Origin: Aestuariivita sp.
Lineage (GTDB): Bacteria; Pseudomonadota; Alphaproteobacteria; Rhodobacterales; Rhodobacteraceae
Length of the DNA: 64,000 nucleotides
Assembly: GCF_021404545.1 (NCBI RefSeq)
Contig: NZ_JAAWWD010000008.1
Span: 11,109 to 75,108 of the forward strand
Direction of reading: 5' to 3'
Each line of letters starts with the position of its first letter. The first letter of the stretch is position 1. The translations under genes and the position numbers were made by a program. The notes under the pieces were generated by a model. The model worked only from the letters and a program-made list of their open reading frames with translations, did no database searches and was not told the DNA's origin. Positions 1 to 9,203 of the stretch are shown piece by piece.

Positions 1-470
1 AGCACATCGGCACTGATGGAGTGCGCGACCGTCACCCGGCGGGTGCGCTCAGGCCCGATGGCTGTCTCCCGCGTCGGATAGACGATATCGAAACTGTAGC
101 TGAGTACACCGTCGACCGGCTCATCCTCCAGGGTGGCGGGGGTGAGTTGCACGTCATAGGGGCCTTGGCGCGCGGCGATCCCTTCGACCAGAATGATCGC
201 ACCGGTGCGGGTGCGCTCGATCCGCAGATCCGTGATTTGATCGATCGGAATGCCGGCATAGACCTCGTCGGGGCGGCTGAAAATCCCCGAACGCTCGCGC
301 GGGACCAGGGGATTGGCTTCTTCGTCGGGCGTTGTGGCCACTTCGCGGCTGCCACCGAACCAGTTGAACGGGTTCAGGCGCGACTCCCGAACCGTGCCGC
401 ATCCCACCAGCACAAAGCTTGTGAGGATCAGTGCAAGGACCGGTTTTTTGGCGATCGTGGTCTTGGTCAT
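1..470 (-). CDS. Conserved hypothetical lipoprotein, 3' end runs off window
   Basis: Manual translation from ATG 470: MTKTTIAKKPVLALILTSFVLVGCGTVRESRLNPFNWFGG...; lipobox LVG-C; frame open to window edge; absent from ORF track because it has no stop. Confidence 0.65.
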   Translation of the reverse strand, partial: MTKTTIAKKPVLALILTSFVLVGCGTVRESRLNPFNWFGGSREVATTPDEEANPLVPRERSGIFSRPDEVYAGIPIDQITDLRIERTRTGAIILVEGIAARQGPYDVQLTPATLEDEPVDGVLSYSFDIVYPTRETAIGPERTRRVTVAHSISADV

Positions 471-606
471 GAAATCCTGCCCTGGCATGTCTTTACCCAA
501 GGGGTTAGCGCATCGCGCGCGCGTTGAAAAGCATCAAGAGCGGACTGGACAGAGCGGATCGACCGACATAGGTCAGGCTCGACACAGCGACAGACGGGAA
601 ACGCCG

Positions 607-1020
607 ATGGCCCAGGACGCCTTTGAGGAACTTGTCGAGGATTTCGAATTTCTGGATGAATGGGAAGACCGTTACCGGTATGTGATCGAGCAGGGCAAGG
701 CGATGCGCCCGCTCGAAGACGCGCTCAAGGTGCCTGCCACCAAGGTGACGGGATGCGCCAGTCAGGTCTGGTTGCATCCGGTGATCAATGACGGACGGTT
801 GCATTTCGATGGCGAAAGCGATGCGATGATCGTAAATGGATTGATCGCGGTTCTCCGCAGGCTCTATAACGGGTTGGCGCTTGCCGAGGTGCTGGAGGTT
901 GATGCACGCGCCGAAATGGGCCGTTTGGGGTTGAACGATCATCTCTCGGCGCAGCGCTCAAATGGGCTGAAGTCGATGATAGCGCGGATCCGCGAGGTGG
1001 CAGCGGCCGAGTTGGCCTGA
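607..1020 (+). CDS. sufE: SufE family Fe-S cluster assembly sulfur acceptor
   Basis: FEFLDEWEDRYRYVIEQG, KVTGCASQVWL and SAQRSNGL motifs; ATG 607 after GGGA. Confidence 0.9.
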   Translation: MAQDAFEELVEDFEFLDEWEDRYRYVIEQGKAMRPLEDALKVPATKVTGCASQVWLHPVINDGRLHFDGESDAMIVNGLIAVLRRLYNGLALAEVLEVDARAEMGRLGLNDHLSAQRSNGLKSMIARIREVAAAELA

Positions 1021-1028
1021 GCCGGTTT

Positions 1029-1082
1029 CGAATTTTCCTGCGAAAAATCCGACCGGCCAAAATCCTTATCTAAGGATTTTGG
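1029..1082. repeat. Tandem hairpin doublet between convergent sufE and DUF1638 genes (REP-like or terminator)
   Basis: Imperfect CGAATTTTC-ctgc-GAAAAATCCG then perfect CCAAAATCCTTA-tc-TAAGGATTTTGG (1057-1082). Confidence 0.6.
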
Positions 1083-1720
1083 TCCGCCCAGCGATCCAGC
1101 GTCCGCTCCAGATCGCCATAGCCTGTCGGACGCCGTTCAAAGTCGAGATCCAGCCGCCTGGCGCAGTCCTGGGCGCGGGCAGTGAGATCCGGATCGTCCG
1201 TTTGGGCCTGATACACCAGCTTGGTGTAATGCGCGAAATAGGTCGCGCGCAGATCGGGATGCCGGTCGAGCCCAAGCGGTTTCCAGACAAAGGCATCGAA
1301 CTGGCGCACCAGAAAATCTGTCAGATAGAACGCCGTGATCTCGTCCTCATGCGCGCCAAAGGCGGCATTGCCTTCAAAGAAGCTATAGCAATGCGGCCCC
1401 GCGATCATCTCTACCCCCAACCTGTCGCAGGCCGCCTGGAGGTGTCCGCCGGTGCCGCAATCAGCGTAGGCCACGTAAATCGCGCGATATGCCTTACGGT
1501 GTCTCAGCACCGCCTCTTCGACGGCGCCGGTGATCCGTTCGGGGTGGTTGTGCAGGATCGCAGGCAGACAGGTCAGGTCGATATGGTCCCACCCGTTGGC
1601 CGATTTCAGATCGAGGATTTCCCGTGCCAGGGCGCCGCAGGCGATCAACAGGATTTGTCCTGCGCCATCGGCTCTTAACCCGTCGCGGGTGAGGGTGGCA
1701 TCATCGGGCACCTTGTCCAT
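1070..1720 (-). CDS. DUF1638 domain protein (cobalamin reactivation partner)
   Basis: LIACGALAREI, LHNHPERI, YADCGTGG, GPHCYSFF and FYLTDFL motifs; downstream of a corrinoid protein gene. Confidence 0.8.
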   Translation of the reverse strand: MDKVPDDATLTRDGLRADGAGQILLIACGALAREILDLKSANGWDHIDLTCLPAILHNHPERITGAVEEAVLRHRKAYRAIYVAYADCGTGGHLQAACDRLGVEMIAGPHCYSFFEGNAAFGAHEDEITAFYLTDFLVRQFDAFVWKPLGLDRHPDLRATYFAHYTKLVYQAQTDDPDLTARAQDCARRLDLDFERRPTGYGDLERTLDRWADQNP

Positions 1721-1791
1721 ATCGGTTGCCTTCGCCGTGTGGGACGGGCCTTACCGGCGCGGGGTGAGCCGTGCCGCGGGCGCTTGGGTGG

Positions 1792-2490
<699 letters not shown>

Positions 2491-2680
2491 GTCGCGTGTT
2501 CCTTCTGTTGCGGCGCACCGGCGCATACAAGCATTGCAAGCTTGTCTTTCTTTTTTGCTACTTCGGCACCTATCGACTGCGACAATTGCGACATGGTCCG
2601 CTTCGCCACCGACCAATACGGTGTTTTGATCGTGTTTGGTAATGAAGATTGCACATGAGAATTATGGGTTTATTGCATAT

Positions 2681-2695
2681 GTTCCCTATTTGTTC
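2681..2695 (+). promoter_or_regulatory. Alphaproteobacterial LexA (SOS) box
   Basis: GTTC-cctattt-GTTC, a perfect GTTC-N7-GTTC, 9 bp before the radical SAM start. Confidence 0.75.
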
Positions 2696-2704
2696 TAAAA
2701 CACG

Positions 2705-3811
2705 ATGACCATGCCTGTCCCGCCTGCCAAAATAAACGATCATCCGACGATCGCGCCCGAACGCAGACGGGCGCGCGGCGCGCGGCAGAACATCTCCGGC
2801 CGGTTCGATCTGGAACGGGTGGAGGAGGCAGACGGGTGGGACATGCCCGAAGAGCGTCCGGCCTTTCGCACCCAGATCAGTTTCGAGCGTCCGCGCAGCC
2901 TGATCAGCTATAACCGTTCACCCGATCTGCCATTCGACCGGTCGATCAATCCCTACCGCGGCTGCGAGCATGGGTGCATCTATTGCTTTGCCCGCCCCAG
3001 TCATGCCTATCTCGGCCTTTCTCCGGGCCTGGATTTCGAGACACGGCTGATTGCCCGGCCCGATGCCCCTAACGTGCTCGGCCGCGAGCTGTCCGCAAAA
3101 CGCTACCGCGTCGCACCGATTGCCATTGGCACCAATACCGATCCCTATCAGCCTTGCGAGGCGGATCTGTCGATCACGCGCGCCTGTCTTGAGGTGCTGT
3201 CCGCCTTCCGACATCCGGTGGCGATCGTGACCAAAGGCACATTGATCGAGCGGGATATAGATATCCTGGCGCCAATGGCGGCGCAGGGGCTGGCACGGGT
3301 GGGTGTCTCGCTGACCAGCCTTGATCCTGATCTGTCGCGTCGGATGGAACCGCGCGCGCCGACCCCCAAGCGCCGTCTCGCGACGATCCGCGCGCTCAGC
3401 CAGGCGGGGATCCCGGTGCGGGTCATGACCTCGCCTGTGGTGCCTGGATTGACGGATCATGAGATCGAGGCGCTGCTCAAGGCCGGGGCGGAGGCAGGCG
3501 CGTCTACCGCCAGCTGGATCATGTTGCGCCTGCCACGGGACGTGTCAGGTCTGTGGCAGGACTGGCTGGCCGAACACTACCCGGACCGCGCGGGCAAGGT
3601 CATGGCGCGTCTGCGCGAGATGCATGGCGGGCGCGATTATGATCCGCGCTGGGGCCACCGGATGCGGGGGGAGGGCAAGTATGCCGAACTGATCGCGCAG
3701 AGGTTCAAGGTGCATGCGCGCAAGCTGGGTCTGGATGACACTGCCGAACCGCTGCGGACGGATCTTTTTGCGATCCCGCCGCGCAAGGGCGATCAACTCA
3801 GCCTCTTTTAG
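2705..3811 (+). CDS. PA0069/SplB-like radical SAM protein
   Basis: SINPYRGCEHGCIYCFARPSH (CxxxCxxC), GTNTDPYQP and TKG motifs. Confidence 0.9.
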   Translation: MTMPVPPAKINDHPTIAPERRRARGARQNISGRFDLERVEEADGWDMPEERPAFRTQISFERPRSLISYNRSPDLPFDRSINPYRGCEHGCIYCFARPSHAYLGLSPGLDFETRLIARPDAPNVLGRELSAKRYRVAPIAIGTNTDPYQPCEADLSITRACLEVLSAFRHPVAIVTKGTLIERDIDILAPMAAQGLARVGVSLTSLDPDLSRRMEPRAPTPKRRLATIRALSQAGIPVRVMTSPVVPGLTDHEIEALLKAGAEAGASTASWIMLRLPRDVSGLWQDWLAEHYPDRAGKVMARLREMHGGRDYDPRWGHRMRGEGKYAELIAQRFKVHARKLGLDDTAEPLRTDLFAIPPRKGDQLSLF

Positions 3812-4044
3812 CTGCTGATGCCCTTGCGTTGTCGGTGCTGGCGACACCTTGGGTCTCTGAGCGGGCGCGGCGGACGGGACTTCCCGCGTTTTTGGCGGGC
3901 GCTCTGACTGTATCAGGGCCCCATGCACCGTTGCGATGACCCTGCGGGCGGAGTTGGCGCTGGTGTGTCCCTGTTCGAAAGATGCTGCCAAAATCCACTT
4001 GCCGTGCCGCAACTTGCCTGCAATAACGCGATCACCCTTCATGG

Positions 4045-4130
4045 GCCCAAGTGGCGGAATGGTAGACGCAGGGGATTCAAAATCCCCCGCCTTTGCGGGC
4101 GTGCCGGTTCGAGTCCGGCCTTGGGTACCA
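4045..4130 (+). tRNA. tRNA-Leu(CAA)
   Basis: Acceptor stem GCCCAAG/CTTGGGT; anticodon arm GGGGA-TTCAAAA-TCCCC; long variable arm; GGTTCGAGTCC T-arm; encoded CCA. Confidence 0.95.
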
Positions 4131-4167
4131 ATGGCTTAGCGGGTATTGGCTTGGCCCGAAGACCCCG

Positions 4168-4190
4168 CACTCCCATAGGCCACTCCCATA
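4168..4190 (+). repeat. Direct repeat CACTCCCATA x2, putative integrase arm-type sites
   Basis: Identical 10-mers at 4168-4177 and 4181-4190 between the tRNA end and the integrase stop. Confidence 0.5.
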
Positions 4191-4219
4191 CTCACGTTTC
4201 GTTTTCGTTCTGTTCCGAT

Positions 4220-5275
4220 TCAGGTTTCGCGCTTTCTCTGCCCGCTACGGGACAGTTTCTTACGGTTCGCCACCTTTCGATAGTACGCGATCATTTCCAC
4301 ACTTTGGTTGGTGATCGCCTGAATTTGGGCGTCGGTGCACCCCCCCTCGGCCAATTGCACTATCGCCAGTTTGCGCAACCCGTGCAGGACATACTTTGAA
4401 GCCTTGGCTTCGAGGGAGGCCCGCCACTTACGGAAAGCCTTTTCGACCGCATCATAGCCAACCGGTTCAGTCAAATTCTTTGCAATCACGAACGCGCCGG
4501 ACTTCCCGCGGTTGGCCAAGTAGCCACGCAAGCGATCCGGGCAATAGACCTCGAATTTCTCGGTACCTTTTTCGTCCAGGACCCACATCCACTCGCCTGA
4601 GAAATCGTCCTGCCGCATTGTGATCGCGGCGTTTGGGCGCTGTCCGGTGCCAAGGATTAACTCTGCGGCGCATTGGACCACCTCTGGCGCTGTCGGGAGC
4701 TTTTCAATCATCCAGTCAGGCCACGGCTCCCATTCTTTTTGCCGTCCGTAGAGGTCGATCTTTGCCGCCGGGTTCTTCTTGCCCTGCATTGGCCAGTCTT
4801 GCTTGTGTTCCGCGTAGTTCCACAACATGCGAACGGTGGTGATCAGCTTGTCAGCCTTGCGGGGCCTGTCGGCGTATTTGGAGTGCATGGCGCGAACCTG
4901 GGCGCGCGTCGTCGTGCGAACGTCCTTGTCTTTGTTCTTCGCCAGGATGAAATCCATGTCGCGGGCGTAGGACAATTTGCTTGATGGTTTCAGCTTCGAC
5001 TGAACGCGGGGATCTGTGCGCCAGAGCTTGACCAACTCGCCCCATGTGTATTTTGCCGGAGCCTTCTGCTTGAGGTGTTGCCCAGCCTCACACAGCCAAT
5101 ACTCATCATCGAGCTTCTTTCTGTCGCCTTCCCACCGCAAAAGGATTGCCCGCTCCTTCGTCTTACCGCCCTGGGTCCATGTGATCCGATGGTAGGGCTC
5201 CCAGACACTTCGGTACCGGTTCCACTTCCATGTGAGGTGAGGTTTGGTAATTCTGGGCTTCGGCTGGCGCTTCAT
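4220..5275 (-). CDS. Phage-type tyrosine integrase
   Basis: LGTGQR (catalytic R), LHGLRK (HxxR) and MIAYY (Y); transcribed toward the tRNA. Confidence 0.9.
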   Translation of the reverse strand: MKRQPKPRITKPHLTWKWNRYRSVWEPYHRITWTQGGKTKERAILLRWEGDRKKLDDEYWLCEAGQHLKQKAPAKYTWGELVKLWRTDPRVQSKLKPSSKLSYARDMDFILAKNKDKDVRTTTRAQVRAMHSKYADRPRKADKLITTVRMLWNYAEHKQDWPMQGKKNPAAKIDLYGRQKEWEPWPDWMIEKLPTAPEVVQCAAELILGTGQRPNAAITMRQDDFSGEWMWVLDEKGTEKFEVYCPDRLRGYLANRGKSGAFVIAKNLTEPVGYDAVEKAFRKWRASLEAKASKYVLHGLRKLAIVQLAEGGCTDAQIQAITNQSVEMIAYYRKVANRKKLSRSGQRKRET

Positions 5276-5481
5276 AGCTCAAAGGGTGCTTCTTGAGGGC
5301 GTGCGGCATCGCCCCTGACGATTGCACGCAAGTCGTCAACAATCCAGCGATCGTGCCCGCCAATGAGTACCGGACCCGGAAGGGAGCCGACCGACACCAA
5401 GCGCAGAAATTCAGCCGTAGGCATGTCCAGCATCCTGGCTGCGTTCCTATCGGATACTGCGATTGGCGTCAGGTCAGCCAT
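5272..5481 (-). CDS. Putative excisionase / AlpA-like HTH protein
   Basis: 69 aa, AARMLDM..GSLPGP...RW pattern; ATGA overlap with the integrase start. Confidence 0.65.
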   Translation of the reverse strand: MADLTPIAVSDRNAARMLDMPTAEFLRLVSVGSLPGPVLIGGHDRWIVDDLRAIVRGDAARPQEAPFEL

Positions 5482-5675
5482 CAGTTGTCCTTTTGCAATT
5501 CCAGCAGTATCGCCAGCGCCGCCTGGTAGTAATCCAAGAAGTTCGGGTGATCGGGTTCAACGGCAATGGTGATCCGGCAATTTTTGTCGCCTTCCACGCG
5601 AACACGATAGCGCGCCGATCCGTTGCGATTTGGGTCTGTTATGAATCCGGGAAGGTCCGCTTTCACTGGCGTCAC
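5481..5675 (-). pseudogene. Truncated N-terminus of a second phage integrase
   Basis: LPGFITDPNRNGSARYRVRVEGDK..ITIAVEPDHPNFLDYYQAA resembles the N-termini of alphaproteobacterial phage integrases (recalled, not searched); ends after 64 aa. Confidence 0.55.
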
Positions 5676-5929
5676 TTCGTTACCCAGTTCTTGGGGTGCA
5701 ACATTGCGGCAGGCGGACGGCCAATGTGCAGTGATTCGTTCCCGTCGCCATTGGGTGTGCCATCACCGGCGTCATCAACCGGATCGATGCCCTTTGTCAC
5801 AAAGGGCACGGTTTCAACGCGGACCGATCCGTCCTTTCTGACTGTTACCGCGCTTGGCGACAGACCGGCAGCCTGTGTCGCTTCGATCGCGCGTTGGATC
5901 GCGGCCTTGGTGACGTTCGGCGCGGGCAT
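5672..5929 (-). CDS. Small phage protein of the type preceding integrases (xis-like)
   Basis: MPAPNVTKAAIQRAIEATQAAGL..VTVRKDGSVRVE; stop overlaps the next start. Confidence 0.55.
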   Translation of the reverse strand: MPAPNVTKAAIQRAIEATQAAGLSPSAVTVRKDGSVRVETVPFVTKGIDPVDDAGDGTPNGDGNESLHIGRPPAAMLHPKNWVTK

Positions 5930-5930
5930 C

Positions 5931-6077
5931 CTAGCCGGTCACGCTCAGGAACTGGATGTCCTTCGCCGGATATGCCCTGCGGATACGGGCTATGGCCGCG
6001 TCGACGGACTCAGCTTTGGTGATATGTTGAACCAAGCCTTCATCGGCCAAATTGATAACGAGCGTGAAGCGTTTCAT
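5931..6077 (-). CDS. 48-aa phage hypothetical protein (not in ORF track)
   Basis: MKRFTLVINLADEGLVQHITKAESVDAAIARIRRAYPAKDIQFLSVTG; AAGGAAG RBS; ATGA overlap with the upstream gene. Confidence 0.55.
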   Translation of the reverse strand: MKRFTLVINLADEGLVQHITKAESVDAAIARIRRAYPAKDIQFLSVTG

Positions 6078-6301
6078 GCGTCTTCCTTTGTCTTCGGTTT
6101 CCAATAGAACGGCGCGGCCTCTGCCACATGGTCGGCGATAATGTCTTTTGTCTTTCGGGCAATCCGGCCATCACCATGGCAGGAATTGCATTTGTGTTTC
6201 TTAGGGTTGCGTGCGCCCCAAAAGAAATCGCGATCGGCGTCGCGGCGCAGCTGGCAGGCGGGGCAATCAAGGCCGTTTCCGCACAGGTACTTATCAGGCA
6301 C
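6074..6301 (-). CDS. Phage hypothetical protein with two CxxC motifs
   Basis: GTG start overlapping the upstream stop; CPAC and CNSCHGDG (DnaJ zinc-finger-like). Confidence 0.55.
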   Translation of the reverse strand: MPDKYLCGNGLDCPACQLRRDADRDFFWGARNPKKHKCNSCHGDGRIARKTKDIIADHVAEAAPFYWKPKTKEDA

Positions 6302-6632
6302 CGCCCCGGTCCTTCCGTGCCCACATATCGATCGTGGCGCTGATGCGGGAAAACACGCCCGCGCCGGGCGTGCCCTTGCGACCACGGTGCATGCGCCACA
6401 CGGTCAGATGGTGGTAGAGTTGCGCGCCGCGATTGCGGGCCATCTTCCACCAGTCCGTCCGACAGGTGCTGTTGCAGAACCGCATGCCGGGCCGGTATGC
6501 CGTAGGATCGATGCGTTCCCGGCAATAGTCACAGTATCCCACGCGCAGCGGGCGAAGCGGCTCTACGTCACCGTGGTCCTTCAATCGGCCACGTGCTGGC
6601 GTTTGAGCCGTTTCTGGGGGCGCATGAGTCAT
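6294..6632 (-). CDS. Phage hypothetical zinc-finger protein
   Basis: CDYC...FCNSTCR motif; ATGA overlap at 6629-6632. Confidence 0.6.
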   Translation of the reverse strand: MTHAPPETAQTPARGRLKDHGDVEPLRPLRVGYCDYCRERIDPTAYRPGMRFCNSTCRTDWWKMARNRGAQLYHHLTVWRMHRGRKGTPGAGVFSRISATIDMWARKDRGGA

Positions 6633-6841
6633 GCGCTTGACGTCTTGCCGGGGCAACCGGGCTGCACGGTCCCGCGCGGACATCCGCAGTCGGGCCATTT
6701 CGGACACTCAAAAACGGGCAAGCAATCATCCGCCCCTTTGGGCGCACGGGGGCCGATCACGGCCCGATTGGTGATACCCCCGCGCTCCCCGGTTCGGGCT
6801 GGCCTGAACAGCCCTCGGATACGCGGCATCACGCGGAGCAT
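6629..6841 (-). CDS. Small Cys-rich phage hypothetical protein
   Basis: CPKWPDCGCPRGTVQPGCPG; fits a coupled gene chain. Confidence 0.4.
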   Translation of the reverse strand: MLRVMPRIRGLFRPARTGERGGITNRAVIGPRAPKGADDCLPVFECPKWPDCGCPRGTVQPGCPGKTSSA

Positions 6842-7101
6842 TGCGCCGCCTCAGCGTCATTTGCTTCCAGGATGTTGAGAGCCGCTTTCAACCAGTTCTT
6901 GGGCAAGTCTTTGGCATCGTCAGCAAAGCAGGACACTTGCCACAGCGATATCTCAAAGAGCACTGGATTGTATTGCCGGGGATCATCCGGCACGGTCCAG
7001 ACACCGTTGTTCTGGCACAGGTTTTTGATCTGTAGGAACTGGGTGTCCGTGGACATGGCTTCGAGCCATTCGACGGTTGTGCGGATCCTGTCGATGTCCA
7101 T
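6829..7101 (-). CDS. Phage hypothetical protein
   Basis: 90-aa ORF with GGGA-type RBS, globular composition, in a coupled chain. Confidence 0.6.
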   Translation of the reverse strand: MDIDRIRTTVEWLEAMSTDTQFLQIKNLCQNNGVWTVPDDPRQYNPVLFEISLWQVSCFADDAKDLPKNWLKAALNILEANDAEAAQCSA

Positions 7102-7113
7102 AAGAACGGTCCC

Positions 7114-7443
7114 TTATTGTGCCCTAAAATTGATCCCGCCATAACCGGCATGATCGGAGTTGTTTCGGATCGTGTTTGCAGGCGGATTCTTCGCCCACCT
7201 TTTTTCGTCGTGTCTGGCCATGGCGCGCCGCTCTTCTGGCGTGGCGTGTTCACAGGTGATCGCGTGGTTTTCGCCTGCCGACAGGATGAACCCAAGCTGC
7301 CCAGACCCGTGCCTGTTGTAGACGCGCCAGTACCGACCGCAGAAAGGACATTGGGCCTCTGTGTTCGACAGCTTGCTTATCCTGCGCTCATTTCGAAACT
7401 CAGCCTTCGCAGCACGATCTTTCGCCCGTTCGCGCCGCTGTCG
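7114..7443 (-). pseudogene. 5'-truncated phage ORF (CPFCG motif)
   Basis: Open frame RQRRERAKDRAAKAEFRNERR...QCPFCGRYWRVY...INFRAQ*; no upstream start before an in-frame stop; begins at the junction with the tail-fibre fragment. Confidence 0.4.
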
Positions 7444-7466
7444 ACCTCTATAACGCCCGTCGCGAT

Positions 7467-8360
7467 TTGGGGGAGGCCATCGCCATCTCGGCCCAGGACA
7501 TGCGGGCGCTGGTCGTCGAGGATCGGGTGGCGATTGCCAGCCTCGAAACCTTACTCGCAGCCGCGATCAACAACACCGCCGCATCGCTCAAGTCCGAGCA
7601 GCTGGTGCGATCCGAGGCCGACGATGCCCTTGCCCAGGATATCGTGACCGTAAAGGCCAGTTTGGAAAGCGCGGAGGGCGATATCGCCGCGAACGCCACG
7701 GCGACCAGCGACCTCGCTGTTCGGACAACGGCGGCCGAGGGCGCGATCACCAGTCAGGGCCAGAGCATCGATACGCTTCAGGCCGGGCTGACCACCGCGC
7801 AAGGCAACATTGCTGCGAACGCCACGGCCACCAACAACCTCGCTGTTCGGACAACGGCGGCCGAGGGCGCGATCACCAGCCAGGGCCAGAGCATCGATAC
7901 GCTTCAGGCCGGGCTGACCACCGCGCAAGGCAACATTGCTGCGAACGCTACGGCCACCAGCGACCTCGCTGTTCGGACAACGGCGGCCGAGGGCGCGATC
8001 ACCAGCCAGGGCCAGAGCATCGATACGCTTCAGGCCGGGCTGACCACCGCGCAAGGCAACATTGCTGCGAACGCCACGGCCACCAGCGGATTGACGGTCC
8101 GCACCACGGACGCCGAGAATCAGTTGGCGAGCCAGGCAACGCAGCTTACCAGCCTCACCTCGACCGTGGGCGCGCAATCCACGACGATCCAGTCGCAGCA
8201 GACCTCGATCGATGGCATCGAGGCGGAATACGCCCTGCGTATCGACAATAACGGTGTCGTCTCCGGCGTCGTGGTCCGCTCCGATCTGGACAACGCAGGT
8301 GTGCCCACAACGGCTGCGGTCTATCAGGTCGACAAGTTCTCGATCATCGCGCCGGGCGAT
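7467..8360 (+). pseudogene. Internal fragment of phage central tail fibre / host-specificity protein (gpJ-like, DUF1983-like C-terminal part)
   Basis: Ala/Thr-rich heptad repeats followed by GIEAEYALRIDNNGVVSG...VYQVDKFSIIAPG; lacks a proper N-terminus; C-terminus runs out of frame into methylase DNA. Confidence 0.7.
7689..8088 (+). repeat. Three near-identical 126-bp (42-aa) tandem repeats plus a partial fourth
   Basis: GCGAACGC[C/T]ACGGC units start at 7689, 7815, 7941 and 8067. Confidence 0.97.
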
Positions 8361-8833
8361 CCATCCGCCTCCTCTATCTGCAACGCCTGGCCTTCGGGGG
8401 GAGGGCGGACGGGGTCTTTGGTGTGGCAACCGGAAGGACGCTCTTCTCGCTGTCGCGATTGGAGCCTCTTTTGGATGCCGCGCATGCGCGGCTGGATGGT
8501 GTGGTCCTCGAAAACCTGGACTGGTCCGAGCTGGTGCGGCGCTATGACAGTTCCGGTTCTCTGTTCTACCTCGATCCACCTTATTGGGGCGGGGAAGACG
8601 ATTACGGCAAGGATCTCTTCCAAAGACCCGATTACGCCAGGATGGCTGCCCAATTGGCCGACATCGAGGGCGCGTTCGTGCTCTCCATCAATGACCGGCC
8701 CGAAACGCGCGCTCTGTTTGCGTCATTTGAGATCGAGGCTGTGTCGCTGAAATACAGCGTGTCCCGGGGGGACGCGACCGACGCGGCCGAGTTGCTTATC
8801 TCCAACCGCAAACCCGACGACCTGCTGCTGTGA
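8357..8833 (+). pseudogene. C-terminal half of a Dam-like (D12 class) DNA adenine methyltransferase
   Basis: Continuous frame RSIRLLYLQRLAFGG...VVLENLDW...LFYLDPPYW (motif IV)...FVLSIND...ELLISN; N-terminal SAM-binding motif absent. Confidence 0.85.
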
Positions 8834-8876
8834 TCGGGGTGTTTTCTAGTTGGTGGTGTCAGTGCCATGATGGGGC

Positions 8877-9203
8877 ATGTCCGAATTCACAATGCGCCCA
8901 TGCCGGATCGGCGGCCGAACAGCGCCGAATGACTACCTTGTCTCGTACCAGGGCAGCCCAATTGGCCGCATCTTTCATCAAGAACTCGGCTTTGCGCGGT
9001 GGTGGATTTGGGCGATCCAGACCTTTCCGGCAGCAGATGGCCGATCAGACACGCTTGAACAGGCGCAGGCGCAGCTCAAGGCGGCTGTGCTTGCTTTGCC
9101 CGACGGTAGGAGGATCAAGGCGGAGGGGAGGGTGGCCACCCTCGCGTGTCCGCTTAGCGCAGAAACTGGACTTTGCAAAGTCAAGATCACTCGGCCCCTC
9201 TGA
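8877..9203 (+). CDS. Small phage-associated hypothetical protein; C-terminus probably altered
   Basis: IGGRTAPNDYLV..G.PIGRIF....WWIW...G.SDTLEQAQAQLKAA; last ~20 codons run through palindrome cluster 1. Confidence 0.5.
   Translation: MSEFTMRPCRIGGRTAPNDYLVSYQGSPIGRIFHQELGFARWWIWAIQTFPAADGRSDTLEQAQAQLKAAVLALPDGRRIKAEGRVATLACPLSAETGLCKVKITRPL

Noticed and set aside
3812-4044. Short ORFs between the radical SAM gene and the tRNA
   Set aside because: No recognisable motif or RBS, and overlapping alternatives in several frames
7689-8088. Possible CRISPR array or DGR template/variable repeat
   Set aside because: Contiguous in-frame coding repeats with no spacers, no cas genes, no reverse transcriptase and no adenine-specific variation
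7551-8579. 342-aa minus-strand ORF over the tail-fibre repeats
   Set aside because: Antisense shadow of the repeat-containing plus-strand frame; Arg/Gly-rich with no motif
8834-8876. Mu-like phage right end after the methylase
   Set aside because: No transposase or end repeats recognised; the left end carries a tyrosine integrase
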